A stretch of DNA of 64,000 nt from Trichosphaerium sp. ATCC 40318 (taxonomy: Eukaryota; Protista; Tubulinea): assembly GCA_038496445.1 (NCBI GenBank), contig JALMLS010000255.1, positions 434,001-498,000 on the forward strand, written 5' to 3'. Below, in pieces: positions 39,237 to 51,700 of the stretch. A program made the translations under genes and the position numbers. The notes beneath the pieces are model-generated. The model was given only the letters and a program-made list of their open reading frames with translations. It did not search any database and was not told the DNA's origin. Numbering within the stretch: position 1 is the first letter of the stretch; each line of letters opens with the position of its first letter.

Positions 39237-41051
39237 TTAAGATAATGAAACAAACTTATGAACCCTAAATACAGGTTCTTTCGAGTACTTTTTAACGATC
39301 CCAGAATCGAGTTTAACTGAGTTTGGTGTTTCAGTTTCTGTCCATTTGAATTTCTGAACAGAAGCAGCCACAACTTTGTATAGAACTGTCATCGCGATTC
39401 TCTCTCCAGGGCATCTTCTCAAACCTTGGCCGAATGGGTACACTCTTTGACTAGGCTTTTCCCATCGAGTTGGATCAAATACCATAGGTTGATCCCACAT
39501 GTCACTGTGACACTCTGCTTGATGCAAAAACAGTAAGATAGCCTTTGCTTATTGTTAAATCATTAATAGATTGGTAGCACTTACTCCCTTCGGTATTGTG
39601 TATCCTCCTATTTGAACGCTTTCTCTGGCTTGGTGCGGTGTGAGAAGGGGTACCACAGGCTTGATGCGAAAAAGTTCTTGGATAAAGTAGTGTAGATACG
39701 TGATTTCTTGTAAATCCTACACACATTACAACTTGAAAAGCCCTTTCAACAACTAACCTTGAGAGACATCAAGTCTATATTTTTATCTCCAATTGCAACT
39801 CTAAGTTTTTCTTGTATTCTTTGATGTTTTGCAAGCATTGCGAAAGCACTAAGGAAGTAGTCAATCCTCAAGAAATTTCTAACTAAAATGCACATGCGTT
39901 TGAAGTGTGTTGGAAGTTGTGTCAACGCCTGCAGCAACAAGCTCGTCCAGAAAACCAATGAGCTCTCCATCAGTGATATCAGGTATGGTTGTTAGCAATA
40001 CGTCAAGCCAATGTCTCGTTTTATTAGGAGAATAGGTAGAACGTGCTTCCTTAATAAACTTCCCAAAGATGAAGTCTCTTCTTGTCACAACACTTTCGAT
40101 TTCCTTTACCTGAAGAACCATGTTATTTAAAGCATTGTAGTCTATTGCACTTACCCTATTACTCTCCAGGAAAGATAACATTGGAAATATGTCGCGTAAG
40201 AATGGCTCATCAGCAATTTTTATGAGTTTTATTGTAACTCCAAAAATGCCAGCCATGTCTTTATCTTGATTATTGTATGACTTAACGTCAAGTAACAAAG
40301 ACGTTATTGTATTGACTGTGAAAGCGTATGAGATATCTTTAGCTGTAACTTGTTGTTTATCTTGGGAACGTTGATTGAAAGTTATGAAATTGTCTTTGAT
40401 TACATTGTTTAGAACTCTATTGACTTGCTGTGTAAACTGTTAGGAATGATTGTATCGTACAATTCTCACCTTCATTCCCTTTTGAGAAGTCAATTCATTC
40501 TTGAATAAAGTTCTGTACCGTGTGTGGTTTGCATTTAGATTAGATAGAACGCACCCTAGAAAGGATTTAGAAATTAAGACAACATACGTTTGTTTGTCAA
40601 ACCTCCTTTTGGATCAGTTCTGTATATCATCTGAAAAGCATAAAAGTCCTCCATAGGTCTATCTGAAAGAACTCGTCTGTGTTTTATTAGTGCTTCTTTA
40701 ACCAATGATCCAGAGAGAAACACAAGCTGAAAAGACTAAGTTAAAGAAATCATATGATACAAAAAAAACCAAAGGGATGCTACTTTTTTCGGTCCGAAGT
40801 CCATGCTGTAAATATCACCAAGCTTTTTTCCGTAGTATACAGCAGTGCTAGTACGTTTTAATATAAATGTATCGAAATTAATGTACTTACTCCACCATTC
40901 TCTTCGGATCTGACCAAAGATGAAGATGCCCAATTATTGGTAGGCTTATTGGACTTGGAGGCAGTTTGTCTAATCTTCGTCTAATGTTCTTGTACAAAGT
41001 AGACAACGCTATTGATACTATCACAGCCGAAAACAAAACTAACCCTATCAT
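39237..41051 (-). CDS. Cytochrome P450
   Basis: N-terminal anchor + LPPSPISLPIIGHL, I-helix AAGVDTT, ExxR (ELFR), FDPTRW and heme motif PFGQGLRRCPG. Confidence 0.93.
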
Positions 41052-41689
41052 TACGTCCCTTTTCTGGACACGTGTATCGTTAAATAAACGTTTGAAAAAA
41101 TGGTTGATATCAGCATTTAGTTGTTAAAGTAAGGTTCATTGAATGTTCGGAGCCAGGAACAAAAGATAACTACTATGAGAGCTCAAAGATTAGAAAAGGA
41201 ATAAGCAAGTAATTGTAAATGCTACATTGTTGAATTGATGATAATCACGTGAAACAAGCATGAATATTCTGGAAGATTATTAGAACATCAAGCCAAGGAA
41301 GTCGTTGTGTTAAATTGTCTGAAAAGAAAAAAAAGACAAAGAACAGGCTGGATAAATGTATCTATTCTACTTTGTAATTTGCTAGCAAGGAGAGGTATTT
41401 ACTACGATGCCACTCTTGCCTCTAGTCTCTCAAATTGTCTCGTCTTCAGGCGAAACTTTCTAAATGGGAAGAAAAAATTGCTCGTTTTTCACTTGAAACA
41501 GCATCAAACAGTGAAAAGTAAGTCATCAAAATTACTACCGCTGAGAAGTTTAAAGTACAAAGAGCAGTGCTTGCATAAGGTAAGAAAAAACAGCAAGTAT
41601 TCTTACCTGGTATGATGAGGATGTACAACTATAACAAGTGCTATTTTAAGGACGACAAAGGGAACGCAAATAAAAGGTTGTGAAAAAAA

Positions 41690-44104
41690 TGTTTAATTTA
41701 TTTATCTATCTCTACACAATGGGATTGCCATTCTTTGACACTTGGTATTGGCACCAAAACAAATGTTTGGTGTGTGGGTTAAGTGATCAGGACACCATCT
41801 ACTTTGATGGACTGTACTGTTTAAAATAGAGAAAGTTGCAGTCAATACTTTGACATACCCATGACATTCAAAAGAGTCGTATTGGCTTTGAAGATGTTTA
41901 CTCACAACAATATTTAACATTTTCCTTCCTTCAACCGAGCAACCCCCCTCTCCAGAGGCACGGGAAACTCGAAACTTTAGAAGTGATTAAGTTCTAAAGT
42001 CCAGCCGCAGTGATTGAAAGAATTCCTACTGAAAAATACTGAAGCTCTTATATAGTGGCTTGCCTACCAACCCGTTACTCTTTGAAATTACAGGCATGAT
42101 TTCACAAGCAAGTGAAACCAAGTACTGAATTGCCCCTTTCCCTACACTTGCACAATAACATTTTAGATAACAATTGAATACACTACTCAGTGCCAACACA
42201 CTGTGGGTAATACGTTCGGTATGATACTTGGGAGTAACCCTGTTCTCTGTCAAACGTAACCGTATATATATGGTGCCCCAACTTTCATTGTGGTTGGATG
42301 TGAGTATATTCAGTGCCATCCCTCCAGGTACTTAAGAGTATTGTTCCCTTTAGAGGTAAAATGAGAGAATAAACACACTTGCACAATAACATTTTAGATA
42401 ACAATTGAATACACTACTCAGTGCCGACACACTGTGGGTAATACGTTCGGTATGATACTTGGGGGTAACCCTGTTCTCTGTCAAACGTAACCGTATATAT
42501 ATGGTGCCCCAACTTTCGTTGTGGTCGGATGTGTAGTATATTCAGTGCCATCCCTCCAAGGTACTTAAGAGTATTGTTCCCTTTGGAGGTAAAATGTATT
42601 GAATGTGTTTATTCTCTGCAACATACAAGGACTGAGCCCTTGTACATTGCTGTGCATGTCAATTCCTAAGGTGTAAGTTAGTTAACGATAAACTTATAAT
42701 CACGACTTTGAATACCTCAACTAGAATCTGTCTTGCCAAAATCTTGGTACCAACCTAAACATACCCCCCTTATCCCAAGTTTGCTCCACCTGTGTATTGA
42801 ACCAGAACTGGAAACACCATATCTACTTTCCTATAAAACATTGGTCAGTCATACATTTATGTGATTTTGTTGCCCACTGAGGGCTTCAATTACATACCTT
42901 TATAATACCACCCTTCTCTCCCTAATTGATGTACTTGGCTTGGGTGCCTTTCCATCAATTAGTTCTTGAGACACATCGATGTCTATCCCACAAGTACTTG
43001 GACATGTGCCTTTCCTTGTTGGGTAAAACTTGATGAGCTGCTGGATGACATGGCACCTCTTAGGGTACCTGCCAATTCATGATGAACCTATGACTCGATT
43101 AGCATTTCTACACTTCAAATGAGTGTTATAATGATAGAAGAGGACATATGTTAATACATACATAGATAGATAGTTGTCGCCCACTGTGGGCTTCAACTTC
43201 ATGACTGGAGGTCTCGATTAACATTTCTACGCCTCAAAATGTGCGTTATAATGATAGAAGAGAACCCATTCTCAGGGTGGACACAGCATTAAAGCTGTAG
43301 TACCACTCACTCAACAACCAATGAGTAGTGTCATTGATGGATGTACTAAGAGACAAGCTAAACTCGCCCTTTTCTATCCTTCACAAAGTGTTCTGTAGTT
43401 ACAGAGACACAATTGTATCACCTCAGACAGGAGGTGCTCGAGCCAGTCGATTACCACTGCCTATGCCATGTTTTTTACGCATTTTACATAGGTGGCTTAT
43501 GTGATAGAAGACCCAACTACAAGGGGTAAAGAGAAGCAACTTCTAGGGGCACACACTACACAAAATAATTTGTGTTTGGTATTTTTTTCTTTTTTTTTTT
43601 TTTGTGTGACTTGAAGTCTTTCTTCTTTTATGCTATATTAGGCTACACGGTTGTAAGACTGAACCTATTGAATGAAAATATCGAGTTTTCACGGCACATA
43701 CAATACCAATGTGACTCTCATAGCTCGCTGCATGCACGTCGTATTCTGTAGTTGGGTTTTAAAAAAACCAACACAACTTATTGGTTGTGCCTCTGTGCTT
43801 TGTGGTGCCTTTTGTGGTTGTACTTGCAAAAAGCAAGGGAGATTTTCTTCTCTGTCACAGACGCCCCTTACATACAACAAATTGGTGTTTTCGAGAGTCT
43901 ACTACTAGAACCGAGCATTCTTTATTTACTTTTAGAGTTTACACTTCACTGAAATATCTATTTTAAATACTCAAATATGGATAATGCACATTTCCAAAAC
44001 GCCACAAACCCTTGTGCTAGCTATTTTCGTGACTTGAGTACCGTTTCAGCGATGTTTTGGTTCGTAAAACGTGCAACTAAACGATAACTACTTTTTTCTG
44101 CTTG
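41690..44104. mobile_element. Non-coding repeated element, copy 1 (~2.4 kb; includes a ~525 bp segment absent from copy 2)
   Basis: High-identity direct repeat of 55550-57459 with the same ends in unrelated flanks. (TTTA)n left end, internal poly-T at ~43582-43603, no credible ORF, no TSD seen. The repeat is certain; mobility is inferred. Confidence 0.75.
42144..42596. repeat. Internal tandem duplication (~220 bp x2) within element copy 1
   Basis: 42144-42363 and 42375-42596 both run acacttgcacaataacattttagataac...gaggtaaaatg. Confidence 0.95.
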
Positions 44105-44899
44105 AATGCTCAAGAAAAACTATATTGCTTTGAAAACGTTACCGCATCGTGTAAAGAATAGATTCAAACGCTTTTTTGGTTGTTCACGGAATGCTCGAAA
44201 ATGAAAATTATGCCATAAAATTCAGAAACTGTGAACATAATCCTATTTTAAGCATTTGCTGTGTAACTGCAATCAAAACTATCACGTGAACAAAGCTAAA
44301 AATAGTGAAAAACTTCCGCCTTTGCTACCACCTGTGTAACGGAGAGGATATAACAAGAGGAATGGTATACGTAAGTTAAGTTTATACATATTAATAAGTT
44401 ATAGGTTGCTATATAGCAATACATCCCTCTCACAGAGCCATAGTCTCGGGTCATTAATTGAATATCTCCATGCTACAACCATACAAGAGCGCTTCTAAAT
44501 GGTAAAAACCTGTACATTAAGGCGTAGCATGATTCAACAGGGTCAAATGAAATGCCAACTGCTTCCCACTAAAAACACCACCCTTGGTACATAGTCTGTG
44601 GTATTCATTAAATTCATGAAGGTTCTCGTTGTTGTCATATTGAAAAATCAAGTGAGCTTTACTATAATTATTAACGTTGGGTTTGCTCAGCATATTTTGA
44701 TTGTAGTTGAGCCACATACTGTCTAATCATCACCAAGAAGGCAAGTGAATTTGTTCGTCACTTGTTTGAGGTAGTTTTATAAAACAATAGGGTCAAAAAA
44801 ACTGTCGTAAATCTTGAACACAATTAAAAGTTGCACTACCAATTTGCATTGTTTTCAAGGAACCCAAAACTAACTCTACTGACTTTACCTTTATGTTCT

Positions 44900-45501
44900 T
44901 TCAAACGTAAAGAACGATAATGAGCTCAAAGCGTATGAGATTGTAGCGTACTACGATTATGGATTAGGATGCTAATATCAGCTCTACACGAAAACTCCGT
45001 CATGAGCGCGATGTAGGTGAGGCTAAGTTGACTTATAATTATCGTTAGGATAGAGAGGATTTCAATAATGTTAGCCTTTGACTGTGAGAGTATACAGATA
45101 CAATGTGCACTCAAGAACAAATGATAGAAGGTTTATGCCCTTGATTAAGCATCAGTTTCCTAGATGTTACAAGGCGTATGATAAGAACGGTTACCCTTAT
45201 GAACGTGATTTTTATATCAAGGGAGAATCTGAAAGGAGTATGAGAAACAACAAGCTAGTCTACGAAAAAGCGAGGAAGTAATTACGAAACAAGACGATGA
45301 GATTAAGGAAAAAAAACAGAAAGAAGTCAAAAAGAAAAAAAAAGAAACAAAGAAAGTTGAAGACGATGACCTTGATTTGTCCTTTAGCTCCTCTGACGAT
45401 GATGATGACAGCTTATTAGTGCATCTTGGTGATTTAGACATAGATGAGTCCAAGGTAACAATGGACGATCTGGATGCTATGCTTGATGAAGCTCTGAAGT
45501 G
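44900..45501 (+). CDS. 3' part of a hypothetical gene with Lys-rich/acidic C-terminus (possibly disrupted)
   Basis: KEYEKQQASLRKSEEV..KKKKKETKKVEDDDLDLSFSSSDDDDD..MLDEALK* ends at 45501. An in-frame TGA lies just upstream (45230-45232) unless it is spliced out. Confidence 0.35.
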
Positions 45502-45629
45502 AAACCTGTAGCAATAATAAATTCCGTTTGTTTTTTTCTTTTTGGCAATGTTTCTTTGTATATAAATTCTATTGCGACGGTTTAGAGTACACTCAAACAA
45601 GTTAAATTTTTAATTTTCCTCTTGTTTTT

Positions 45630-48147
45630 ATGCTAAGACTCCGACATTTTTTCTGAAACAGTTTGTTTTGCAAAAAAAATGCTTTGCTGTCGGTACTTTT
45701 CCTCGGCATAGCACTAACGAATCGCAAAATGGTTTTTATACCTATAATTATAGAATACTAGCTACATGGTCAAAACAACACTTGAAGTTTAAGACGGTTC
45801 TGAGGTGAGTAAAAACGTCTCAAAGATTCTCGAAATCGTTTCAAAACCGATCACCCGACTTAACAGCACTCAAGGAGCCTGACATTTGGTGTTGTTATTG
45901 ATAAAGCTGTGTATGAGAGCACCTTTGTGTATATTTGTGGTGATTTTAGTCGTAACGCCTCTTTGTATATCAGAATGTACCTATCGTAACCAAAACACAT
46001 AATCTTACTATAAGTAGTTATACTGAACCAAGTGGGGTCGTTTGGTAAATTTACAAAAGATATCGTACCACAACGTACGGTTTTTTGTTTATAATCTATA
46101 TAACGCCAATCTACGTGCAGCTGGAGAGTTTAAACACCCCAATGCGTTAGCAGTAACTCTTGATAATCTATTGGTGGTAGCAGATGCTGGTTTTCTCAAT
46201 TTCTATGCTCTAAATGGTGCGTTAGCTATTTGAAAGTACAAATGCCATTGGAACACACAATTACAAAAAAACCGGTTTAATACAACACTAGGTACATTTA
46301 TACAACGCATATCGTCTTGGACGTTGTTCAACGGCGTCACCAGCACTTTTGCAAGTGGTAGCCCAACAGGTGTTGCCGTAGCTCCCGACGGTTCAATATA
46401 CGCGTCAAAGGGACAAAACCCGCTCATTGTAAGCAGTTGTAACCAATACGTTAATTGTTTTTCGCGTTTAACTAACACGTGAACAGGTGAAATTCGACGC
46501 ACAGCGTAACTTTAGCGGTGGTTTTGACGTTAGTACGTACTGTAACAGAAAAGTTTTTGGAGACTTATTTTCTTTTTCACATAGTCGCGGGAATAGCTGA
46601 AGATGCAAGCCTGTACCAGCTTGCAATCGATCCTGATGGGAAGTCAATTGCTATCACGGTAGGTTCACCAAGAGCAAGCGAATCTGGAGTAGTTATACTA
46701 AGCTTGGATGGTATGGGAATAGCGTAACGCTAAAAAATGAAATAACCTTTTCTGTCAAGGCAAATTTCGTGCTCTTATTGGCTCTGCTGCAGGCGAAATA
46801 CATCCTCACGTAGCTACTAAAAGTATTAAATTCATCTCATTTAAACTAGGGATGCCTGTGGTTATCGTCTACCGTATTGTTAGCCACAGTGCCTCACGGC
46901 AAAGAGCCTGGCATATACTTTTTTAATGCTATTGATGGTATGGTAATCTGTACTTCCTACAAATGTTGATGATGTCTAGGTAGTCTTATACACGCACATA
47001 AGCACTCAGCTCCTTCATATGGAGCTGTAGCACTACACTCTCATGATAGAATACTTACACTTAATCAACATAATGTTTCGCTTTTTGAGCTATCTTCCAT
47101 TGGTAAATTCATTGATGTTATATTTCACAGTGTGTTCTATGATGCTATTGCAATTACGTATGCACCTCAAGAACATAAAGTAATTGTTGCAGACCGACAG
47201 GGACCTACACCTATCCGTATATTCTCAAATGGCACAGGTACAACTTAATGGTATTTGCGTAATGTAATTGGAATTTAGCCATGCCTGTACCTCCTTCGAA
47301 ACCGCCTACAACTGCTCCACCATTCGATGAATCAGTGCCTACAACACCTCCTACATATATAGATCTTTGTGCTAGAGCGCCAGAGATAGAAGGAGCTACA
47401 TGTAGCGCTGGAACTTGGACTGTTAGAAACCAAACTATTTACAACAAAACGGTTTCTTTGTTGGGCAATATAGTGGTTTTTGAAGGTGCGTTAACTAACT
47501 TACATCTTTGCTGAGTTAATAATTGGCTTAAGGTACATTTGCCACACATGATGCAGTTATTAAACTTGACGATGATACAACAATCACACTTACAGGGTGC
47601 CCTGTTTTTCAACAAAACACTGTTTTTCTTGTTGAAGGACGTTTGTCAAAGATTAATTTAATGTCTTTTGGCGAACAATGTTCAGTTAAAGTGATTAATA
47701 CGACAAGTATTCTTGTCAAGAAAGGTGCTATAGTTGGTTGCATAGAGATAGGTATGGCTAATGTTTAATGACTTTTACAGGTTCTAATGAATACAACTTA
47801 GATAAGAATACAATCACTGTTTCGTTTGATTTGTCGTGTCGTGTCAGTGAAATATTAGGCACTGACCAGGACATTCCAGTAGCTCTGATCATCGCACCTG
47901 TAGTCCTAGCAATCGTTGTCATTGGTCTAGTATTTGTAGCTATATTTGTTACGCCTGTAAGAAACCGTATAAAGCATCCATTCAATAAGTACGCTTATCA
48001 AAAATCATTGGTACTTAATATTTTATTCTTAACGACGTATGTAGGTCAATAAATTACATCTCGCCTGGTTCTACAGCTCATCCCATAGACCAAACAAATG
48101 TTATGCAAATACCACTTGACTTAAGTAGCGAGGAGGAGTCTCTATAA
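45630..48147 (+). CDS. NHL-repeat-like beta-propeller type I membrane protein (start approximate)
   Basis: GEFKHPNALAVTLDNLLVVAD and GSPTGVAVAPDGSIYA repeats; Pro/Thr stalk PVPPSKPPTTAPP; TM IPVALIIAPVVLAIVVIGLVFVAIFV followed by RNRIK. Confidence 0.7.
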
Positions 48148-48762
48148 AGTACACTGTTGCAAACAAAATACATTTATCTGTTTGGTACTAAAACCTCGAA
48201 ATAATAATATTAAAACGGGTGGTGACTTAATCATGGTCTCACATTCCGAATAAAAAATCCTTGTATCTTTAAATCACCGCCTTGCAATAGAATTAATGGA
48301 TGGTCTACACTTATAAATTTCTCACGAACTCCGAAATTGGCGAGTTTTCTATTTATTACTTTGCCCAAAAGAAGTTCAAGCCCAACCAATACCCAGATTC
48401 ACGACTCCTACGCATGTAGATGCCATAAAGAGGGAATCTTTAAAGTTAGCATAAGAACTGTCAAGTATTTGTGAAAAGTGTTACAAGAATGAACAGCACA
48501 TACTCAAAACCATGACGAAAAACAATCGAGTAGCCTTACATATTTTTTGTGTTTTTTGTATCACAAAGTTTCTCTTCCTATTTTGTATAGTTGTCGTACA
48601 TGTAATGCGCTAAGCTATGTCCTAAAGAATGCCAGGGTTCGGCTATTTTTAACAGAAATGTAGAACAACCAGAAATTTGAGGTAAATTGGAATAAAGACA
48701 GAAAACTACTAGTCTTTGTGTTTTCTACACGTCACCAACATAAAAACAAACTTTTAAACGTA

Positions 48763-51700
48763 ATGTTTAATAAACAACGCTTCGCGTTTGTTGGTTTTAA
48801 AGCGAAAGACAGTAATAAACTAAAAGATGCAATAAAAGCGCAAGGAGGTCTTGTTGATTACCTAGTATCGTCTAAGGTACCATTTACAAGCGGCTATAAA
48901 TAATAGTGTATTAACGTATTTCAAAACAGACATCAACGGTTGTTTGCACTCCAGACGCCATTAACTTACACAGCCTAAAAATTAGCTCCGCAAAGAGCAA
49001 AGTACGCGTCTTTTTACTTTTACCAGTTATTAACCTCGTCAAGGGCATACCAATCGTTACCCGTAACTACATAGAAGACAGCATCAAGAATGGCACACCA
49101 CAAAATAAGGAACTTTACTCTGTCACTGCAACAGCCGCAGCTACAAAAAGCATATCAAATCTAGTACGTTAATGATAAAGACTCGCTTTGTAACAGTTTT
49201 TAGGCACTTGACGATGAACCAGCTAGAAAACGTCTCAAAACGGACGAAAAAACATTAGATGCAATGGATATTGACACGCAGGATTCTAACGGTGAAAACA
49301 AGGGAAAAAAGGTTGGTATCACGAAAGTTTTGCAAAACTTTGTTTCATCCCATAAAATTACTTCAAGTTGAGCTAATCACGCTATTCAAGGTTGTCAAAA
49401 GGCGAAAAATTGTAAATAAAGGAAAATGGAACACTGCACGTGTTTTCATTTCGTCTACATTCAAAGATATGCATGGTACGCGAACAGAGAACAACACAGA
49501 TTTTTTTTGTTTAGCTTGCGTTTTTTGACTCTTTTTAATAGGTGAACGTGATTACTTGACTAGATATGTATTCCCCGAGCTTCAAGAGCGTTGTAATCGG
49601 TACACCTGACATACTCTTTGCATTTTACTGTAACCTGTTTTACCGTAACTTGTTTTTCGGTTAATTTTCTTACGTCGTTCTTAGCATCCGTGTTCACGTC
49701 CACCCTGTCGATTTACGCTGGGGTGTCACTGCAGAAGATACAGAAAATGCCCTAGAATTATGCCTCACAGAAGTTGACAGTTGTCGTCCCTTCTTTATTG
49801 GTATTCTGGGCGAGCGTTACGGTTGGCGCCCTGAAAGATACAGCGTAAGCCTATTTTTAAACGCGTATTTCAAGAGTTTCTTATTTTTTCGTTAGGTTCC
49901 TGATGAGCCTCGCTTCGATTGGTTAAAGATTTTGCCTGCCGGCAAGTCAGTAACGCATATGGAGATAATATACGGTGTGCTTCAAGACCCAGAAAAGAGC
50001 CGACACGTGATGTGTGTTAGGGATCCTGTAAGTGTTTGTCAAACTAAATAATCACAGTTTGTCTGTTGCTAATAAGCCTTTCTAGAATTTTATGCAAAAC
50101 GTCCCTGGGTCTCACATTGCTGATTTCAAAGGAGAGAGCCCTGAGCACCAATACGAATTACAAGAACTGAAAGAGGAATTAAAGACAAAGTGCAATGTTT
50201 TTGAATACCCTTGCACATGGCAAGGTGTTGTTGATGGTAAACCAATGGTATCTGGACTTGAGAAGTTTGGTGAGCATGTTCTGGAGACCATGTGGACACA
50301 ACTACAAGAAGAGGTTCGAGAACTTTTAAAGCATGTCAGTTACCGTTTGCTCATCTTTTTTTAATTAGTTTGGCACCGGCGCTGAGTCTCAAGATCCGCT
50401 TCAAATTGAGCGGGATTACCATGATAGATTTATTGAGTCTCATTCACAGCACTTTGTTGGTCGTGAGGCGCTTATTAACACAATTAAAACATACGCAAAT
50501 GATACTTCTGGTAGTAACAAACCAATGGTTATTATTGGTGAACCTGGATCAGGTATGTTTATCTAATCCTTTACAAATTTTTTGACAATAAACTAAAAAA
50601 CGTGATTAACTTTTTTCAGGTAAAACGTCTCTCGTGTCGTACTTTTCTCGAAAGTACGCCGAGGCTATGAAGGCTAGGGATGATGTTTTTGTACTCATAC
50701 ATTTCGTTGGTGCTGCTCCGGACTCAACGAATATTCGTCACGTGCTGGATAGACTAGTTCGTGAAATAATAATCGGTACTTTTTTTTAACCTTTTCTCAC
50801 AGTATCTAACTACGGTTGTTTTAGCGTATGACATTGACGATGTCAGTGTACCTCAAGAGTACAAAGAACTCCAATCTCTTTTCCTCAAGCTCATTAAAGA
50901 GATTGGAAGTGATGAACAACATGCTGATAAACCTAGACTTGTTCTTATTATTGATGCACTGAATCAACTTGTACGATCCTTTTCTACGTCAATTAGACAT
51001 TTATTTTAAATGGTATTTTGCGTTAACTGGTTAAATAGGATGACACTTACCATGCCCACTCTTTGGATTGGTTGCCAGAGCAAATCCCTGAGCGTGTTCG
51101 CATTATAGTATCAACATTGAAGGGAGACGTTTATGATGCTCTCAAACGTCGTGAACGTCAAGAACTAGTTGTTGGCGCTCTTTCAGATATGGTAAGTAAC
51201 TTTTTTAATGTATGTAGATTTTAATATTCGTACGCTTTAGGAAAGAGAAGAAATTGTACGACAAACACTGTGGGAGTACAGGAAAAAATTGGATAAAAGA
51301 CAAATGCGTCTTCTACTGTCAAAGGCTGAAGCCTATAAACCGTTGTATCTCATCATCACGTGTGAAGAGTTACGCGTACACGGTGTTTTTGAAGAGTTGA
51401 CAAACAAGATAAAGTCTCTTCCTGGCACAGTACCAAAGCTTCTTGAAGAAGTTCTGGTTCGTCTTGAAACAGATCACGGCAAGAAAGTTATTCGTGATAT
51501 TCTATCACTATTGACAATCTCTCGTGGTGGTCTTCTTGAGTCTGAACTTTTGGGTGTACTTGGAGATAGAAGCGGTCCAATGCCACAGTCCGCGTGGTCT
51601 AGGATATACCGTGCTGTTAAGAATTACTTGCGTCCTCCTGGTGAAAGTGGTGAAGGTAATGAGCAGAATTATTCATCTTTATCTTCTTATTTGTTTTTTT

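Noticed and set aside
41960-42010. Hammerhead-ribozyme-like half: GAAAC-stem(tttagaa/ttctaaa)-GTC
   Set aside because: No CTGANGA core lies in a position to form stems I/II. The only nearby CTGATGA (copy 2, ~56405) is distant and not conserved in copy 1.
42230-42245. TAACCCT as a telomerase RNA template, given the nearby TEP1-like gene
   Set aside because: It is only 7 nt, expected by chance, and lies in the segment missing from copy 2.
41702-43966. Short ORFs within the repeated element (41702-41920, 42026-42319, 43672-43966 and their copy-2 equivalents)
   Set aside because: Indels between the copies shift or truncate the frames, and there are no RT/transposase motifs.
45225-45240. In-frame TGA as selenocysteine, readthrough or an alternative genetic code
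   Set aside because: Other genes here use TGA as a normal stop. An alternative acceptor, pseudogenisation or a sequence error is simpler.
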